Positions 41,567 to 56,304 of a stretch of DNA of 64,000 nt are shown here, one piece after another. The notes under the pieces are model-generated. The model had not been told where the DNA came from, ran no database searches, and was given only the letters and a program-made list of their open reading frames with translations. Position numbers and translations under genes: made by a program. The stretch covers positions 4,464,001 to 4,528,000 of the forward strand of contig OZ059897.1 of NCBI GenBank assembly GCA_964057225.1, written 5' to 3'. This DNA is from Auanema rhodensis. Taxonomy: Eukaryota; Animalia; Nematoda. Numbering within the stretch: position 1 is the stretch's first letter; each line of letters starts with the position of its first letter.

Positions 41567-44372
41567 TGCACTATACTACATTGAGAAACGCTCCATACAA
41601 AAATTAGTTATGATCGTTTGAAAAATAATGCATTAGTGTATGCTGAGTTCCCATGTACACTCAACATTGCTTCCAAAAACATTGTGACAAAAATTTTCCC
41701 GAAAAATTTCTAAATAATTTCACAAAAAGTAGATGTTTTTAGATTCTTTTTTTCAAGACGAATACGATGGACAATGTTTTTCAACGAAAAAATCATTTCT
41801 TCAGGGTGAAAATCGAGGATATAAGTGTGAACATATATCAGTTGATTACTCGGTGCATTTTTAAGCTAGCGCAAATCTGATAACACAGATCAACGCAGCT
41901 CAAAAATCCGCATCGAATGCACTATACTACATTAAGAAACGCTCTATTTAAAAATTAGTTATGATCGTTTGAAAAATAATGCATTAGTGTATGCTGAGTT
42001 CCCATGTACACTCAACATTGCTTCCAAAAACATTGTGACAAAAATTTTCCCGAAAAATTTCTAAATAATTTCACAAAAAGTAGGAGTTTTTAAATTTCTT
42101 TTCTCAAGGCAAAGACGATGGACAATGTTATTCAACGAAAAAATTAATTCTTCAGGGTGAAAATCGAGGATATAAGTGTGAACCTATATCAGTTGATTAC
42201 TCGGTGCATTTTTAAGCTAGCGCAAATCTGATAACACAGATCAACGCAGCTCAAAAATCCGCATCGAATGCACTATACTACATTGAGAAACGCTCCATAC
42301 AAAAATTAGTTATGATCGTTTGAAAAATAATGCATTAGTGTATGCTGAGTTCCCATGTACACTCAACATTGCTTCCAAAAACATTGTGACAAAAATTTTC
42401 CCGAAAAATTTCTAAATAATTTCACAAAAAGTAGATGTTTTTAGATTCTTTTTTTCAAGACGAATACGATGGACAATGTTTTTCAACGAAAAAATCATTT
42501 CTTCAGGGTGAAAATCGAGGATATAAGTGTGAACATATATCAGTTGATTACTCGGTGCATTTTTAAGCTAGCGCAAATCTGATAACACAGATCAACGCAG
42601 CTCAAAAATCCGCATCGAATGCACTATACTACATTAAGAAACGCTCTATTTAAAAATTAGTTATGATCGTTTGAAAAATAATGCATTAGTGTATGCTGAG
42701 TTCCCATGTACACTCAACATTGCTTCCAAAAACATTGTGACAAAAATTTCCCGAAAAATTTCTAAATAATTTCACAAAAAGTAGGAGTTTTTAAATTTCT
42801 TTTCTCAAGGCAAAGACGATGGACAATGTTATTCAACGAAAAAATTAATTCTTCAGGGTGAAAATCGAGGATATAAGTGTGAACCTATATCAGTTGATTA
42901 CTCGGTGCATTTTTAAGCTAGCGCAAATCTGATAACACAGATCAACGCAGCTCAAAAATCCGCATCGAATGCACTATACTACATTGAGAAACGCTCCATA
43001 CAAAAATTAGTTATGATCGTTTGAAAAATAATGCATTAGTGTATGCTGAGTTCCCATGTACACTCAACATTGCTTCCAAAAACATTGTGACAAAAATTTT
43101 CCCGAAAAATTTCTAAATAATTTCACAAAAAGTAGATGTTTTTAGATTCTTTTTTTCAAGACGAATACGATGGACAATGTTTTTCAACGAAAAAATCATT
43201 TCTTCAGGGTGAAAATCGAGGATATAAGTGTGAACATATATCAGTTGATTACTCGGTGCATTTTTAAGCTAGCGCAAATCTGATAACACAGATCAACGCA
43301 GCTCAAAAATCCGCATCGAATGCACTATACTACATTAAGAAACGCTCTATTTAAAAATTAGTTATGATCGTTTGAAAAATAATGCATTAGTGTATGCTGA
43401 GTTCCCATGTACACTCAACATTGCTTCCAAAAACATTGTGACAAAAATTTCCCGAAAAATTTCTAAATAATTTCACAAAAAGTAGGAGTTTTTAAATTTC
43501 TTTTCTCAAGGCAAAGACGATGGACAATGTTATTCAACGAAAAAATTAATTCTTCAGGGTGAAAATCGAGGATATAAGTGTGAACCTATATCAGTTGATT
43601 ACTCGGTGCATTTTTAAGCTAGCGCAAATCTGATAACACAGATCAACGCAGCTCACAAATCCGCATCGAATGCACTATACTACATTGAGAAACGCTCCAT
43701 ACAAAAATTAGTTATGATCGTTTGAAAAATAATGCATTAGTGTATGCTGAGTTCCCATGTACACTCAACATTGCTTCCAAAAACATTGTGACAAAAATTT
43801 TCCCGAAAAATTTCTAAATAATTTCACAAAAAGTAGATGTTTTTAGATTCTTTTTTTCAAGACGAATACGATGGACAATGTTTTTCAACGAAAAAATCAT
43901 TTCTTCAGGGTGAAAATCGAGGATATAAGTGTGAACATATATCAGTTGATTACTCGGTGCATTTTTAAGCTAGCGCAAATCTGATAACACAGATCAACGC
44001 AGCTCAAAAATCCGCATCGAATGCACTATACTACATTAAGAAACGCTCTATTTAAAAATTAGTTATGATCGTTTGAAAAATAATGCATTAGTGTATGCTG
44101 AGTTCCCATGTACACTCAACATTGCTTCCAAAAACATTGTGACAAAAATTTTCCCGAAAAATTTCTAAATAATTTCACAAAAAGTAGGAGTTTTTAAATT
44201 TCTTTTCTCAAGGCAAAGACGATGGACAATGTTATTCAACGAAAAAATTAATTCTTCAGGGTGAAAATCGAGGATATAAGTGTGAACCTATATCAGTTGA
44301 TTACTCGGTGCATTTTTAAGCTAGCGCAAATCTGATAACACAGATCAACGCAGCTCAAAAATCCGCATCGAA
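41567..44372 (-). repeat. Four-copy dimer higher-order repeat (702/701/701/702 bp)
   Basis: Hybrid and B-type monomers alternate, with TTTAAATTTCTTTTCTC and CTATTTAAA. The same 1-bp deletion (AAAAATTTCCCG) occurs near 42748 and 43449. Confidence 0.88.
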
Positions 44373-47300
44373 TGCACTATACTACATTGAGAAACGCTCC
44401 ATACAAAAATTAGTTATGATCGTTTGAAAAATAATGCATTAGTGTATGCTGAGTTCCCATGTACACTCAACATTGCTTCCAAAAACATTGTGACAAAAAT
44501 TTTCCCGAAAAATTTCTAAATAATTTCACAAAAAGTAGGAGTTTTTAGATTTTTTTTTTCAAGGCAAAGACGATGGACAATGTTATTCAACGAAAAAATT
44601 AATTCTTCAGGGTGAAAATCGAGGATATAAGTGTGAACCTATATCAGTTGATTACTCGGTGCATTTTTAAGCTAGCGCAAATCTGATAACACAGATCGAC
44701 GCAGCTTAAAAATCCGCATCGAATGCACTATACTACATTGAGAAACGCTCCATACAAAAATTAGTTATGATCGTTTGAAAAATAATGCATTAGTGTATGT
44801 TGAGTTCCCATGTACACTCAACATTGCTTCCAAAAACATTGTGACAAAAATTTTCCCGAAAAATTTCTAAATAATTTCACAAAAAGTAGGAGTTTTTAGA
44901 TTTTTTTTTCAAGGCAAAGACGATGGACAATGTTATTCAACGAAAAAATTAATTCTTCAGGGTGAAAATCGAGGATATAAGTGTGAACCTATATCAGTTG
45001 ATTACTCGGTGCATTTTTAAGCTAGCGCAAATCTGATAACACAGATCAACGCAGCTTAAAAATCCGCATCGAATGCACTATACTACATTGAGAAACGCTC
45101 CATACAAAAATTAGTTATGATCGTTTGAAAAATAATGCATTAGTGTATGTTGAGTTCCCATGTACACTCAACATTGCTTCCAAAAACATTTTGACAAAAA
45201 TTTTCCCGAAAATTTTCTGAATAATTTCACAAAAAGTAGATGTTTTTAGATTCTTTTTTTCAAGACGAATACGATGGACAATGTTTTTCAACGAAAAAAT
45301 CATTTCTTCAGGGTGAAAATCGAGGATATAAGTGTGAACATATATCAGTTGATATCTCGGTGCATTTTTAAGCTAACTCAAATCTGATAACACAGATCGA
45401 CGCAGCTTAAAAATCCGCATCGAATGCACTATACTACATTGAGAAACGCTCTATACAAAAATTAGTTATGATCGTTTGAAAAATAATGCATTAGTGTATG
45501 CTGAGTTCCCATGTACACTCAACATTGCTTCCAAAAACATTGTGACAAAAATTTTCCCGAAAAATTTCTAAATAATTTCACAAAAAGTAGATGTTTTTAG
45601 ATTCCTTTTTTCAAGACGAATACGATGGACAATGTTTTTCAACGAAAAAATCATTTCTTCAGGGTGAAAATCGAGGATATAAGTGTGAACATATATCAGT
45701 TGAAATCTCGGTGCATTTTCAAGCTAACTCAAATCTGATAACACAGATCGACGCAGCTTAAAAATCCGCATCGAATGCACTATACTACATTGAGAAACGC
45801 TCTATACAAAAATTAGTTATGATCGTTTGAAAAATAATGCATTAGTGTATGCTGAGTTCCCATGTACACTCAACATTGCTTCCAAAAACATTGTGACAAA
45901 AATTTTCCCGAAAAATTTCTAAATAATTTCACAAAAAGTAGGAGTTTTTAGATTTTTTTTTTCAAGGCAAAGACGATGGACAACGTTATTCAACGAAAAA
46001 ATTAATTCTTCAGGGTGAAAATCGAGGATATAAGTGTGAACCTATATCAGTTGATTACTCGGTGCATTTTTAAGCTAGCGCAAATCTGATAACACAGATC
46101 AACGCAGCTTAAAAATCCGCATCGAATGCACTATACTACATTGAGAAACGCTCCATACAAAAATTAGTTATGATCGTTTGAAAAATAATGCATTAGTGTA
46201 TGCTGAGTTCCCATGTACACTCAACATTGCTTCCAAAAACATTGTGACAAAAATTTTCCCGAAAAATTTCTAAATAATTTCACAAAAAGTAGATGTTTTT
46301 AGATTCTTTTTTTCAAGACGAATACGATGGACAATGTTTTTCAACGAAAAAATCATTTCTTCAGGGTGAAAATCGAGGATATAAGTGTGAACATATATCA
46401 GTTGATTACTCGGTGCATTTTTAAGCTAGCGCAAATCTGATAACACAGATCAACGCAGCTCAAAAATCCGCATCGAATGCACTATACTACATTAAGAAAC
46501 GCTCTATTTAAAAATTAGTTATGATCGTTTGAAAAATAATGCATTAGTGTATGCTGAGTTCCCATGTACACTCAACATTGCTTCCAAAAACATTGTGACA
46601 AAAATTTTCCCGAAAAATTTCTAAATAATTTCACAAAAAGTAGGAGTTTTTAGATTTTTTTTTTCAAGGCAAAGACGATGGACAATGTTATTCAACGAAA
46701 AAATTAATTCTTCAGGGTGAAAATCGAGGATATAAGTGTGAACCTATATCAGTTGATTACTCGGTGCATTTTTAAGCTAGCGCAAATCTGATAACACAGA
46801 TCGACGCAGCTTAAAAATCCGCATCGAATGCACTATACTACATTGAGAAACGCTCCATACAAAAATTAGTTATGATCGTTTGAAAAATAATGCATTAGTG
46901 TATGTTGAGTTCCCATGTACACTCAACATTGCTTCCAAAAACATTGTGACAAAAATTTTCCCGAAAAATTTCTAAATAATTTCACAAAAAGTAGGAGTTT
47001 TTAGATTTTTTTTTCAAGGCAAAGACGATGGACAATGTTATTCAACGAAAAAATTAATTCTTCAGGGTGAAAATCGAGGATATAAGTGTGAACCTATATC
47101 AGTTGATTACTCGGTGCATTTTTAAGCTAGCGCAAATCTGATAACACAGATCAACGCAGCTTAAAAATCCGCATCGAATGCACTATACTACATTGAGAAA
47201 CGCTCCATACAAAAATTAGTTATGATCGTTTGAAAAATAATGCATTAGTGTATGTTGAGTTCCCATGTACACTCAACATTGCTTCCAAAAACATTTTGAC

Positions 47301-48582
47301 AAAAATTTTCCCGAAAATTTTCTGAATAATTTCACAAAAAGTAGATGTTTTTAGATTCTTTTTTTCAAGACGAATACGATGGACAATGTTTTTCAACGAA
47401 AAAATCATTTCTTCAGGGTGAAAATCGAGGATATAAGTGTGAACATATATCAGTTGATATCTCGGTGCATTTTTAAGCTAACTCAAATCTGATAACACAG
47501 ATCGACGCAGCTTAAAAATCCGCATCGAATGCACTATACTACATTGAGAAACGCTCTATACAAAAATTAGTTATGATCGTTTGAAAAATAATGCATTAGT
47601 GTATGCTGAGTTCCCATGTACACTCAACATTGCTTCCAAAAACATTGTGACAAAAATTTTCCCGAAAAATTTCTAAATAATTTCACAAAAAGTAGATGTT
47701 TTTAGATTCCTTTTTTCAAGACGAATACGATGGACAATGTTTTTCAACGAAAAAATCATTTCTTCAGGGTGAAAATCGAGGATATAAGTGTGAACATATA
47801 TCAGTTGAAATCTCGGTGCATTTTCAAGCTAACTCAAATCTGATAACACAGATCGACGCAGCTTAAAAATCCGCATCGAATGCACTATACTACATTGAGA
47901 AACGCTCTATACAAAAATTAGTTATGATCGTTTGAAAAATAATGCATTAGTGTATGCTGAGTTCCCATGTACACTCAACATTGCTTCCAAAAACATTGTG
48001 ACAAAAATTTTCCCGAAAAATTTCTAAATAATTTCACAAAAAGTAGGAGTTTTTAGATTTTTTTTTTCAAGGCAAAGACGATGGACAACGTTATTCAACG
48101 AAAAAATTAATTCTTCAGGGTGAAAATCGAGGATATAAGTGTGAACCTATATCAGTTGATTACTCGGTGCATTTTTAAGCTAGCGCAAATCTGATAACAC
48201 AGATCAACGCAGCTTAAAAATCCGCATCGAATGCACTATACTACATTGAGAAACGCTCCATACAAAAATTAGTTATGATCGTTTGAAAAATAATGCATTA
48301 GTGTATGCTGAGTTCCCATGTACACTCAACATTGCTTCCAAAAACATTGTGACAAAAATTTTCCCGAAAAATTTCTAAATAATTTCACAAAAAGTAGATG
48401 TTTTTAGATTCTTTTTTTCAAGACGAATACGATGGACAATGTTTTTCAACGAAAAAATCATTTCTTCAGGGTGAAAATCGAGGATATAAGTGTGAACATA
48501 TATCAGTTGATTACTCGGTGCATTTTTAAGCTAGCGCAAATCTGATAACACAGATCAACGCAGCTCAAAAATCCGCATCGAA
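44373..48582 (-). repeat. Two-copy 6-monomer (2105-bp) higher-order repeat
   Basis: ORFs at 45115/47220, the private TGAAATCTCGG variant at 45704/47809, and a T9 instead of T10 run near 44905/47010 are all 2105 bp apart. Confidence 0.88.
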
Positions 48583-51500
48583 TGCACTATACTACATTAA
48601 GAAACGCTCTATTTAAAAATTAGTTATGATCGTTTGAAAAATAATGCATTAGTGTATGCTGAGTTCCCATGTACACTCAACATTGCTTCCAAAAACATTG
48701 TGACAAAAATTTTCCCGAAAAATTTCTAAATAATTTCACAAAAAGTAGGAGTTTTTAAATTTCTTTTCTCAAGGCAAAGACGATGGACAATGTTATTCAA
48801 CGAAAAAATTAATTCTTCAGGGTGAAAATCGAGGATATAAGTGTGAACCTATATCAGTTGATTACTCGGTGCATTTTTAAGCTAGCGCAAATCTGATAAC
48901 ACAGATCAACGCAGCTCAAAAATCCGCATCGAATGCACTATACTACATTGAAAAACGCTCCATACAAAAATTAGTTATGATCGTTTGAAAAATAATGCAT
49001 TAGTGTATGTTGAGTTCCCATGTACACTCAACATTGCTTCCAAAAACATTTTGACAAAAATTTTCCCGAAAAATTTCTGAATAATTTCACAAAAAGTAGA
49101 TGTTTTTAGATTCTTTTTTTCAAGACGAATACGATGGACAATGTTTTTCAACGAAAAAATCATTTCTTCAGGGTGAAAATCGAGGATATAAGTGTGAACA
49201 TATATCAGTTGATACCTCGGTGCATTTTTAAGCTAGCGCAAATCTGATAACACAGATCAACGCAGCTCAAAAATCCGCATCGAATGCACTATACTACATT
49301 AAGAAACGCTCTATTTAAAAATTAGTTATGATCGTTTGAAAAATAATGCATTAGTGTATGCTGAGTTCCCATGTACACTCAACATTGCTTCCAAAAACAT
49401 TGTGACAAAAATTTTCCCGAAAAATTTCTAAATAATTTCACAAAAAGTAGGAGTTTTTAAATTTCTTTTCTCAAGGCAAAGACGATGGACAATGTTATTC
49501 AACGAAAAAATTAATTCTTCAGGGTGAAAATCGAGGATATAAGTGTGAACCTATATCAGTTGATTACTCGGTGCATTTTTAAGCTAGCGCAAATCTGATA
49601 ACACAGATCAACGCAGCTCAAAAATCCGCATCGAATGCACTATACTACATTGAAAAACGCTCCATACAAAAATTAGTTATGATCGTTTGAAAAATAATGC
49701 ATTAGTGTATGTTGAGTTCCCATGTACACTCAACATTGCTTCCAAAAACATTTTGACAAAAATTTTCCCGAAAAATTTCTGAATAATTTCACAAAAAGTA
49801 GATGTTTTTAGATTCTTTTTTTCAAGACGAATACGATGGACAATGTTTTTCAACGAAAAAATCATTTCTTCAGGGTGAAAATCGAGGATATAAGTGTGAA
49901 CATATATCAGTTGATACCTCGGTGCATTTTTAAGCTAACTCAAATCTGATAACACAGATCGACGCAGCTTAAAAATCCGCATCGAATGCACTATACCACA
50001 TTGAGAAACGCTCTATACAAAAATTAGTTATGATCGTTTGAAAAATAATGCATTAGTGTATGCTGAGTTCCCATGTACACTCAACATTGCTTCCAAAAAC
50101 ATTGTGACAAAAATTTTCCCGAAAAATTTCTAAATAATTTCACAAAAAGTAGATGTTTTTAGATTCCTTTTTTCAAGACGAATACGATGGACAATGTTTT
50201 TCAACGAAAAAATCATTTCTTCAGGGTGAAAATCGAGGATATAAGTGTGAACCTATATCAGTTGATTACTCGGTGCATTTTTAAGCTAGCGCAAATCTGA
50301 TAACACAGATCGACGCAGCTTAAAAATCCGCATCGAATGCACTATACTACATTGAGAAACGCTCTATACAAAAATTAGTTATGATCGTTTGAAAAATAAT
50401 GCATTAGTGTATGCTGAGTTCCCATGTACACTCAACATTGCTTCCAAAAACATTGTGACAAAAATTTTCCCGAAAAATTTCTAAATAATTTCACGAAAAG
50501 TAGGAGTTTTTAGATTTCTTTTTTCAAGGCAAAGACGATGGACAATGTTATTCAACGAAAAAATTAATTCTTCAGGGTGAAAATCGAGGATATAAGTGTG
50601 AACATATATCAGTTGATATCTCGGTGCATTTTCAAGCTAACTCAAATCTGATAACACAGATCGACGCAGCTTAAAAATCCGCATCGAATGCACTATACTA
50701 CATTGAGAAACGCTCTATACAAAAATTAGTTATGATCGTTTGAAAAATAATGCATTAGTGTATGCTGAGTTCCCATGTACACTCAACATTGCTTCCAAAA
50801 ACATTGTGACAAAAATTTTCCCGAAAAATTTCTAAATAATTTCACGAAAAGTAGGAGTTTTTAGATTTCTTTTTTCAAGGCAAAGACGATGGACAATGTT
50901 ATTCAACGAAAAAATTAATTCTTCAGGGTGAAAATCGAGGATATAAGTGTGAACCTATATCAGTTGATTACTCGGTGCATTTTTAAGCTAGCGCAAATCT
51001 GATAACACAGATCAACGCAGCTTAAAAATCCGCATCGAATGCACTATACTACATTGAGAAACGCTCCATACAAAAATTAGTTATGATCGTTTGAAAAATA
51101 ATGCATTAGTGTATGCTGAGTTCCCATGTACACTCAACATTGCTTCCAAAAACATTGTGACAAAAATTTTCCCGAAAAATTTCTAAATAATTTCACAAAA
51201 AGTAGGAGTTTTTAGATTTCTTTTTTCAAGGCAAAGATGATGGACAATGTTATTCAACGAAAAAATTAATTCTTCAGGGTGAAAATCGAGGATATAAGTG
51301 TGAACCTATATCAGTTGATTACTCGGTGCATTTTTAAGCTAGCGCAAATCTGATAACACAGATCAACGCAGCTTAAAAATCCGCATCGAATGCACTATAC
51401 TACATTGAGAAACGCTCTATTTAAAAATTAGTTATGATCGTTTGAAAAATAATGCATTAGTGTATGCTGAGTTCCCATGTACACTCAACATTGCTTCCAA

Positions 51501-54500
51501 AAACATTGTGACAAAAATTTTCCCGAAAAATTTCTAAATAATTTCACAAAAAGTAGATGTTTTTAGATTCTTTTTTTCAAGACGAATACGATGGACAATG
51601 TTTTTCAACGAAAAAATCATTTCTTCAGGGTGAAAATCGAGGATATAAGTGTGAACATATATCAGTTGATTACTCGGTGCATTTTTAAGCTAGCGCAAAT
51701 CTGATAACACAGATCAACGCAGCTCAAAAATCCGCATCGAATGCACTATACTACATTAAGAAACGCTCTATTTAAAAATTAGTTATGATCGTTTGAAAAA
51801 TAATGCATTAGTGTATGCTGAGTTCACATGTACACTCAACATTGCTTCCAAAAACATTGTGACAAAAATTTTCCCGAAAAATTTCTAAATAATTTCACAA
51901 AAAGTAGGAGTTTTTAGATTTTTTTTTTCAAGGCAAAGACGATGGACAACGTTATTCAACGAAAAAATTAATTCTTCAGGGTGAAAATCGAGGATATAAG
52001 TGTGAACCTATATCAGTTGATTACTCGGTGCATTTTTAAGCTAGCGCAAATCTGATAACACAGATCAACGCAGCTTAAAAATCCGCATCGAATGCACTAT
52101 ACTACATTGAGAAACGCTCCATACAAAAATTAGTTATGATCGTTTGAAAAATAATGCATTAGTGTATGCTGAGTTCCCATGTACACTCAACATTGCTTCC
52201 AAAAACATTGTGACAAAAATTTTCCCGAAAAATTTCTAAATAATTTCACAAAAAGTAGATGTTTTTAGATTCTTTTTTTCAAGACGAATACGATGGACAA
52301 TGTTTTTCAACGAAAAAATCATTTCTTCAGGGTGAAAATCGAGGATATAAGTGTGAACATATATCAGTTGATTACTCGGTGCATTTTTAAGCTAGCGCAA
52401 ATCTGATAACACAGATCAACGCAGCTCAAAAATCCGCATCGAATGCACTATACTACATTAAGAAACGCTCTATTTAAAAATTAGTTATGATCGTTTGAAA
52501 AATAATGCATTAGTGTATGCTGAGTTCCCATGTACACTCAACATTGCTTCCAAAAACATTGTGACAAAAATTTTCCCGAAAAATTTCTAAATAATTTCAC
52601 AAAAAGTAGGAGTTTTTAAATTTCTTTTCTCAAGGCAAAGACGATGGACAATGTTATTCAACGAAAAAATTAATTCTTCAGGGTGAAAATCGAGGATATA
52701 AGTGTGAACCTATATCAGTTGATTACTCGGTGCATTTTTAAGCTAGCGCAAATCTGATAACACAGATCAACGCAGCTCAAAAATCCGCATCGAATGCACT
52801 ATACTACATTGAAAAACGCTCCATACAAAAATTAGTTATGATCGTTTGAAAAATAATGCATTAGTGTATGTTGAGTTCCCATGTACACTCAACATTGCTT
52901 CCAAAAACATTGTGACAAAAATTTTCCCGAAAAATTTCTAAATAATTTCACAAAAAGTAGGAGTTTTTAAATTTCTTTTCTCAAGGCAAAGACGATGGAC
53001 AATGTTATTCAACGAAAAAATTAATTCTTCAGGGTGAAAATCGAGGATATAAGTGTGAACCTATATCAGTTGATTACTCGGTGCATTTTTAAGCTAGCGC
53101 AAATCTGATAACACAGATCAACGCAGCTCAAAAATCCGCATCGAATGCACTATACTACATTGAAAAACGCTCCATACAAAAATTAGTTATGATCGTTTGA
53201 AAAATAATGCATTAGTGTATGTTGAGTTCCCATGTACACTCAACATTGCTTCCAAAAACATTTTGACAAAAATTTTCCCGAAAAATTTCTGAATAATTTC
53301 ACAAAAAGTAGATGTTTTTAGATTCTTTTTTTCAAGACGAATACGATGGACAATGTTTTTCAACGAAAAAATCATTTCTTCAGGGTGAAAATCGAGGATA
53401 TAAGTGTGAACATATATCAGTTGATATCTCGGTGCATTTTTAAGCTAACTCAAATCTGATAACACAGATCGACGCAGCTTAAAAATCCGCATCGAATGCA
53501 CTATACCACATTGAGAAACGCTCTATACAAAAATTAGTTATGATCGTTTGAAAAATAATGCATTAGTGTATGCTGAGTTCCCATGTACACTCAACATTGC
53601 TTCCAAAAACATTGTGACAAAAATTTTCCCGAAAAATTTCTAAATAATTTCACAAAAAGTAGATGTTTTTAGATTCCTTTTTTCAAGACGAATACGATGG
53701 ACAATGTTTTTCAACGAAAAAATCATTTCTTCAGGGTGAAAATCGAGGATATAAGTGTGAACATATATCAGTTGATATCTCGGTGCATTTTCAAGCTAAC
53801 TCAAATCTGATAACACAGATCGACGCAGCTTAAAAATCCGCATCGAATGCACTATACTACATTGAGAAACGCTCTATACAAAAATTAGTTATGATCGTTT
53901 GAAAAATAATGCATTAGTGTATGCTGAGTTCCCATGTACACTCAACATTGCTTCCAAAAACATTGTGACAAAAATTTTCCCGAAAAATTTCTAAATAATT
54001 TCACGAAAAGTAGGAGTTTTTAGATTTCTTTTTTCAAGGCAAAGACGATGGACAATGTTATTCAACGAAAAAATTAATTCTTCAGGGTGAAAATCGAGGA
54101 TATAAGTGTGAACCTATATCAGTTGATTACTCGGTGCATTTTTAAGCTAGCGCAAATCTGATAACACAGATCAACGCAGCTTAAAAATCCGCATCGAATG
54201 CACTATACTACATTGAGAAACGCTCCATACAAAAATTAGTTATGATCGTTTGAAAAATAATGCATTAGTGTATGCTGAGTTCCCATGTACACTCAACATT
54301 GCTTCCAAAAACATTGTGACAAAAATTTTCCCGAAAAATTTCTAAATAATTTCACAAAAAGTAGGAGTTTTTAGATTTCTTTTTTCAAGGCAAAGATGAT
54401 GGACAATGTTATTCAACGAAAAAATTAATTCTTCGGGGTGAAAATCGAGGATATAAGTGTGAACCTATATCAGTTGATTACTCGGTGCATTTTTAAGCTA

Positions 54501-56304
54501 GCGCAAATCTGATAACACAGATCAACGCAGCTTAAAAATCCGCATCGAATGCACTATACTACATTGAGAAACGCTCCATACAAAAATTAGTTATGATCGT
54601 TTGAAAAATAATGCATTAGTGTATGTTGAGTTCCCATGTACACTCAACATTGCTTCCAAAAACATTTTGACAAAAATTTTCCCGAAAATTTTCTGAATAA
54701 TTTCACAAAAAGTAGATGTTTTTAGATTCTTTTCTTCAAGACGAATACGATGGACAATGTTTTTCAACGAAAAAATCATTTCTTCAGGGTGAAAATCGAG
54801 GATATAAGTGTGAACATATATCAGTTGATATCTCGGTGCATTTTTAAGCTAACTCAAATCTGATAACACAGATCGACGCAGCTTAAAAATCCGCATCGAA
54901 TGCACTATACTACATTGAGAAACGCTCTATACAAAAATTAGTTATGATCGTTTGAAAAATAATGCATTAGTGTATGCTGAGTTCCCATGTACACTCAACA
55001 TTGCTTCCAAAAACATTGTGACAAAAATTTTCCCGAAAAATTTCTAAATAATTTCACAAAAAGTAGATGTTTTTAGATTCCTTTTTTCAAGACGAATACG
55101 ATGGACAATGTTTTTCAACGAAAAAATCATTTCTTCAGGGTGAAAATCGAGGATATAAGTGTGAACATATATCAGTTGATATCTCGGTGCATTTTCAAGC
55201 TAACTCAAATCTGATAACACAGATCGACGCAGCTTAAAAATCCGCATCGAATGCACTATACTACATTGAGAAACGCTCTATACAAAAATTAGTTATGATC
55301 GTTTGAAAAATAATGCATTAGTGTATGCTGAGTTCCCATGTACACTCAACATTGCTTCCAAAAACATTGTGACAAAAATTTTCCCGAAAAATTTCTAAAT
55401 AATTTCACAAAAAGTAGGAGTTTTTAGATTTTTTTTTTCAAGGCAAAGACGATGGACAACGTTATTCAACGAAAAAATTAATTCTTCAGGGTGAAAATCG
55501 AGGATATAAGTGTGAACCTATATCAGTTGATTACTCGGTGCATTTTTAAGCTAGCGCAAATCTGATAACACAGATCAACGCAGCTTAAAAATCCGCATCG
55601 AATGCACTATACTACATTGAGAAACGCTCCATACAAAAATTAGTTATGATCGTTTGAAAAATAATGCATTAGTGTATGCTGAGTTCCCATGTACACTCAA
55701 CATTGCTTCCAAAAACATTGTGACAAAAATTTTCCCGAAAAATTTCTAAATAATTTCACAAAAAGTAGGAGTTTTTAGATTTCTTTTTTCAAGGCAAAGA
55801 CGATGGACAATGTTATTCAACGAAAAAATTAATTCTTCAGGGTGAAAATCGAGGATATAAGTGTGAACCTATATCAGTTGATTACTCGGTGCATTTTTAA
55901 GCTAGCGCAAATCTGATAACACAGATCAACGCAGCTTAAAAATCCGCATCGAATGCACTATACTACATTGAGAAACGCTCCATACAAAAATTAGTTATGA
56001 TCGTTTGAAAAATAATGCATTAGTGTATGTTGAGTTCCCATGTACACTCAACATTGCTTCCAAAAACATTTTGACAAAAATTTTCCCGAAAAATTTCTAA
56101 ATAATTTCACGAAAAGTAGGAGTTTTCAGATTTCTTTTTTCAAGGCAAAGACGATGGACAATGTTATTCAACGAAAAAATTAATTCTTCAGGGTGAAAAT
56201 CGAGGATATAAGTGTGAACATATATCAGTTGATATCTCGGTGCATTTTTAAGCTAACTCAAATCTGATAACACAGATCGACGCAGCTTAAAAATCCGCAT
56301 CGAA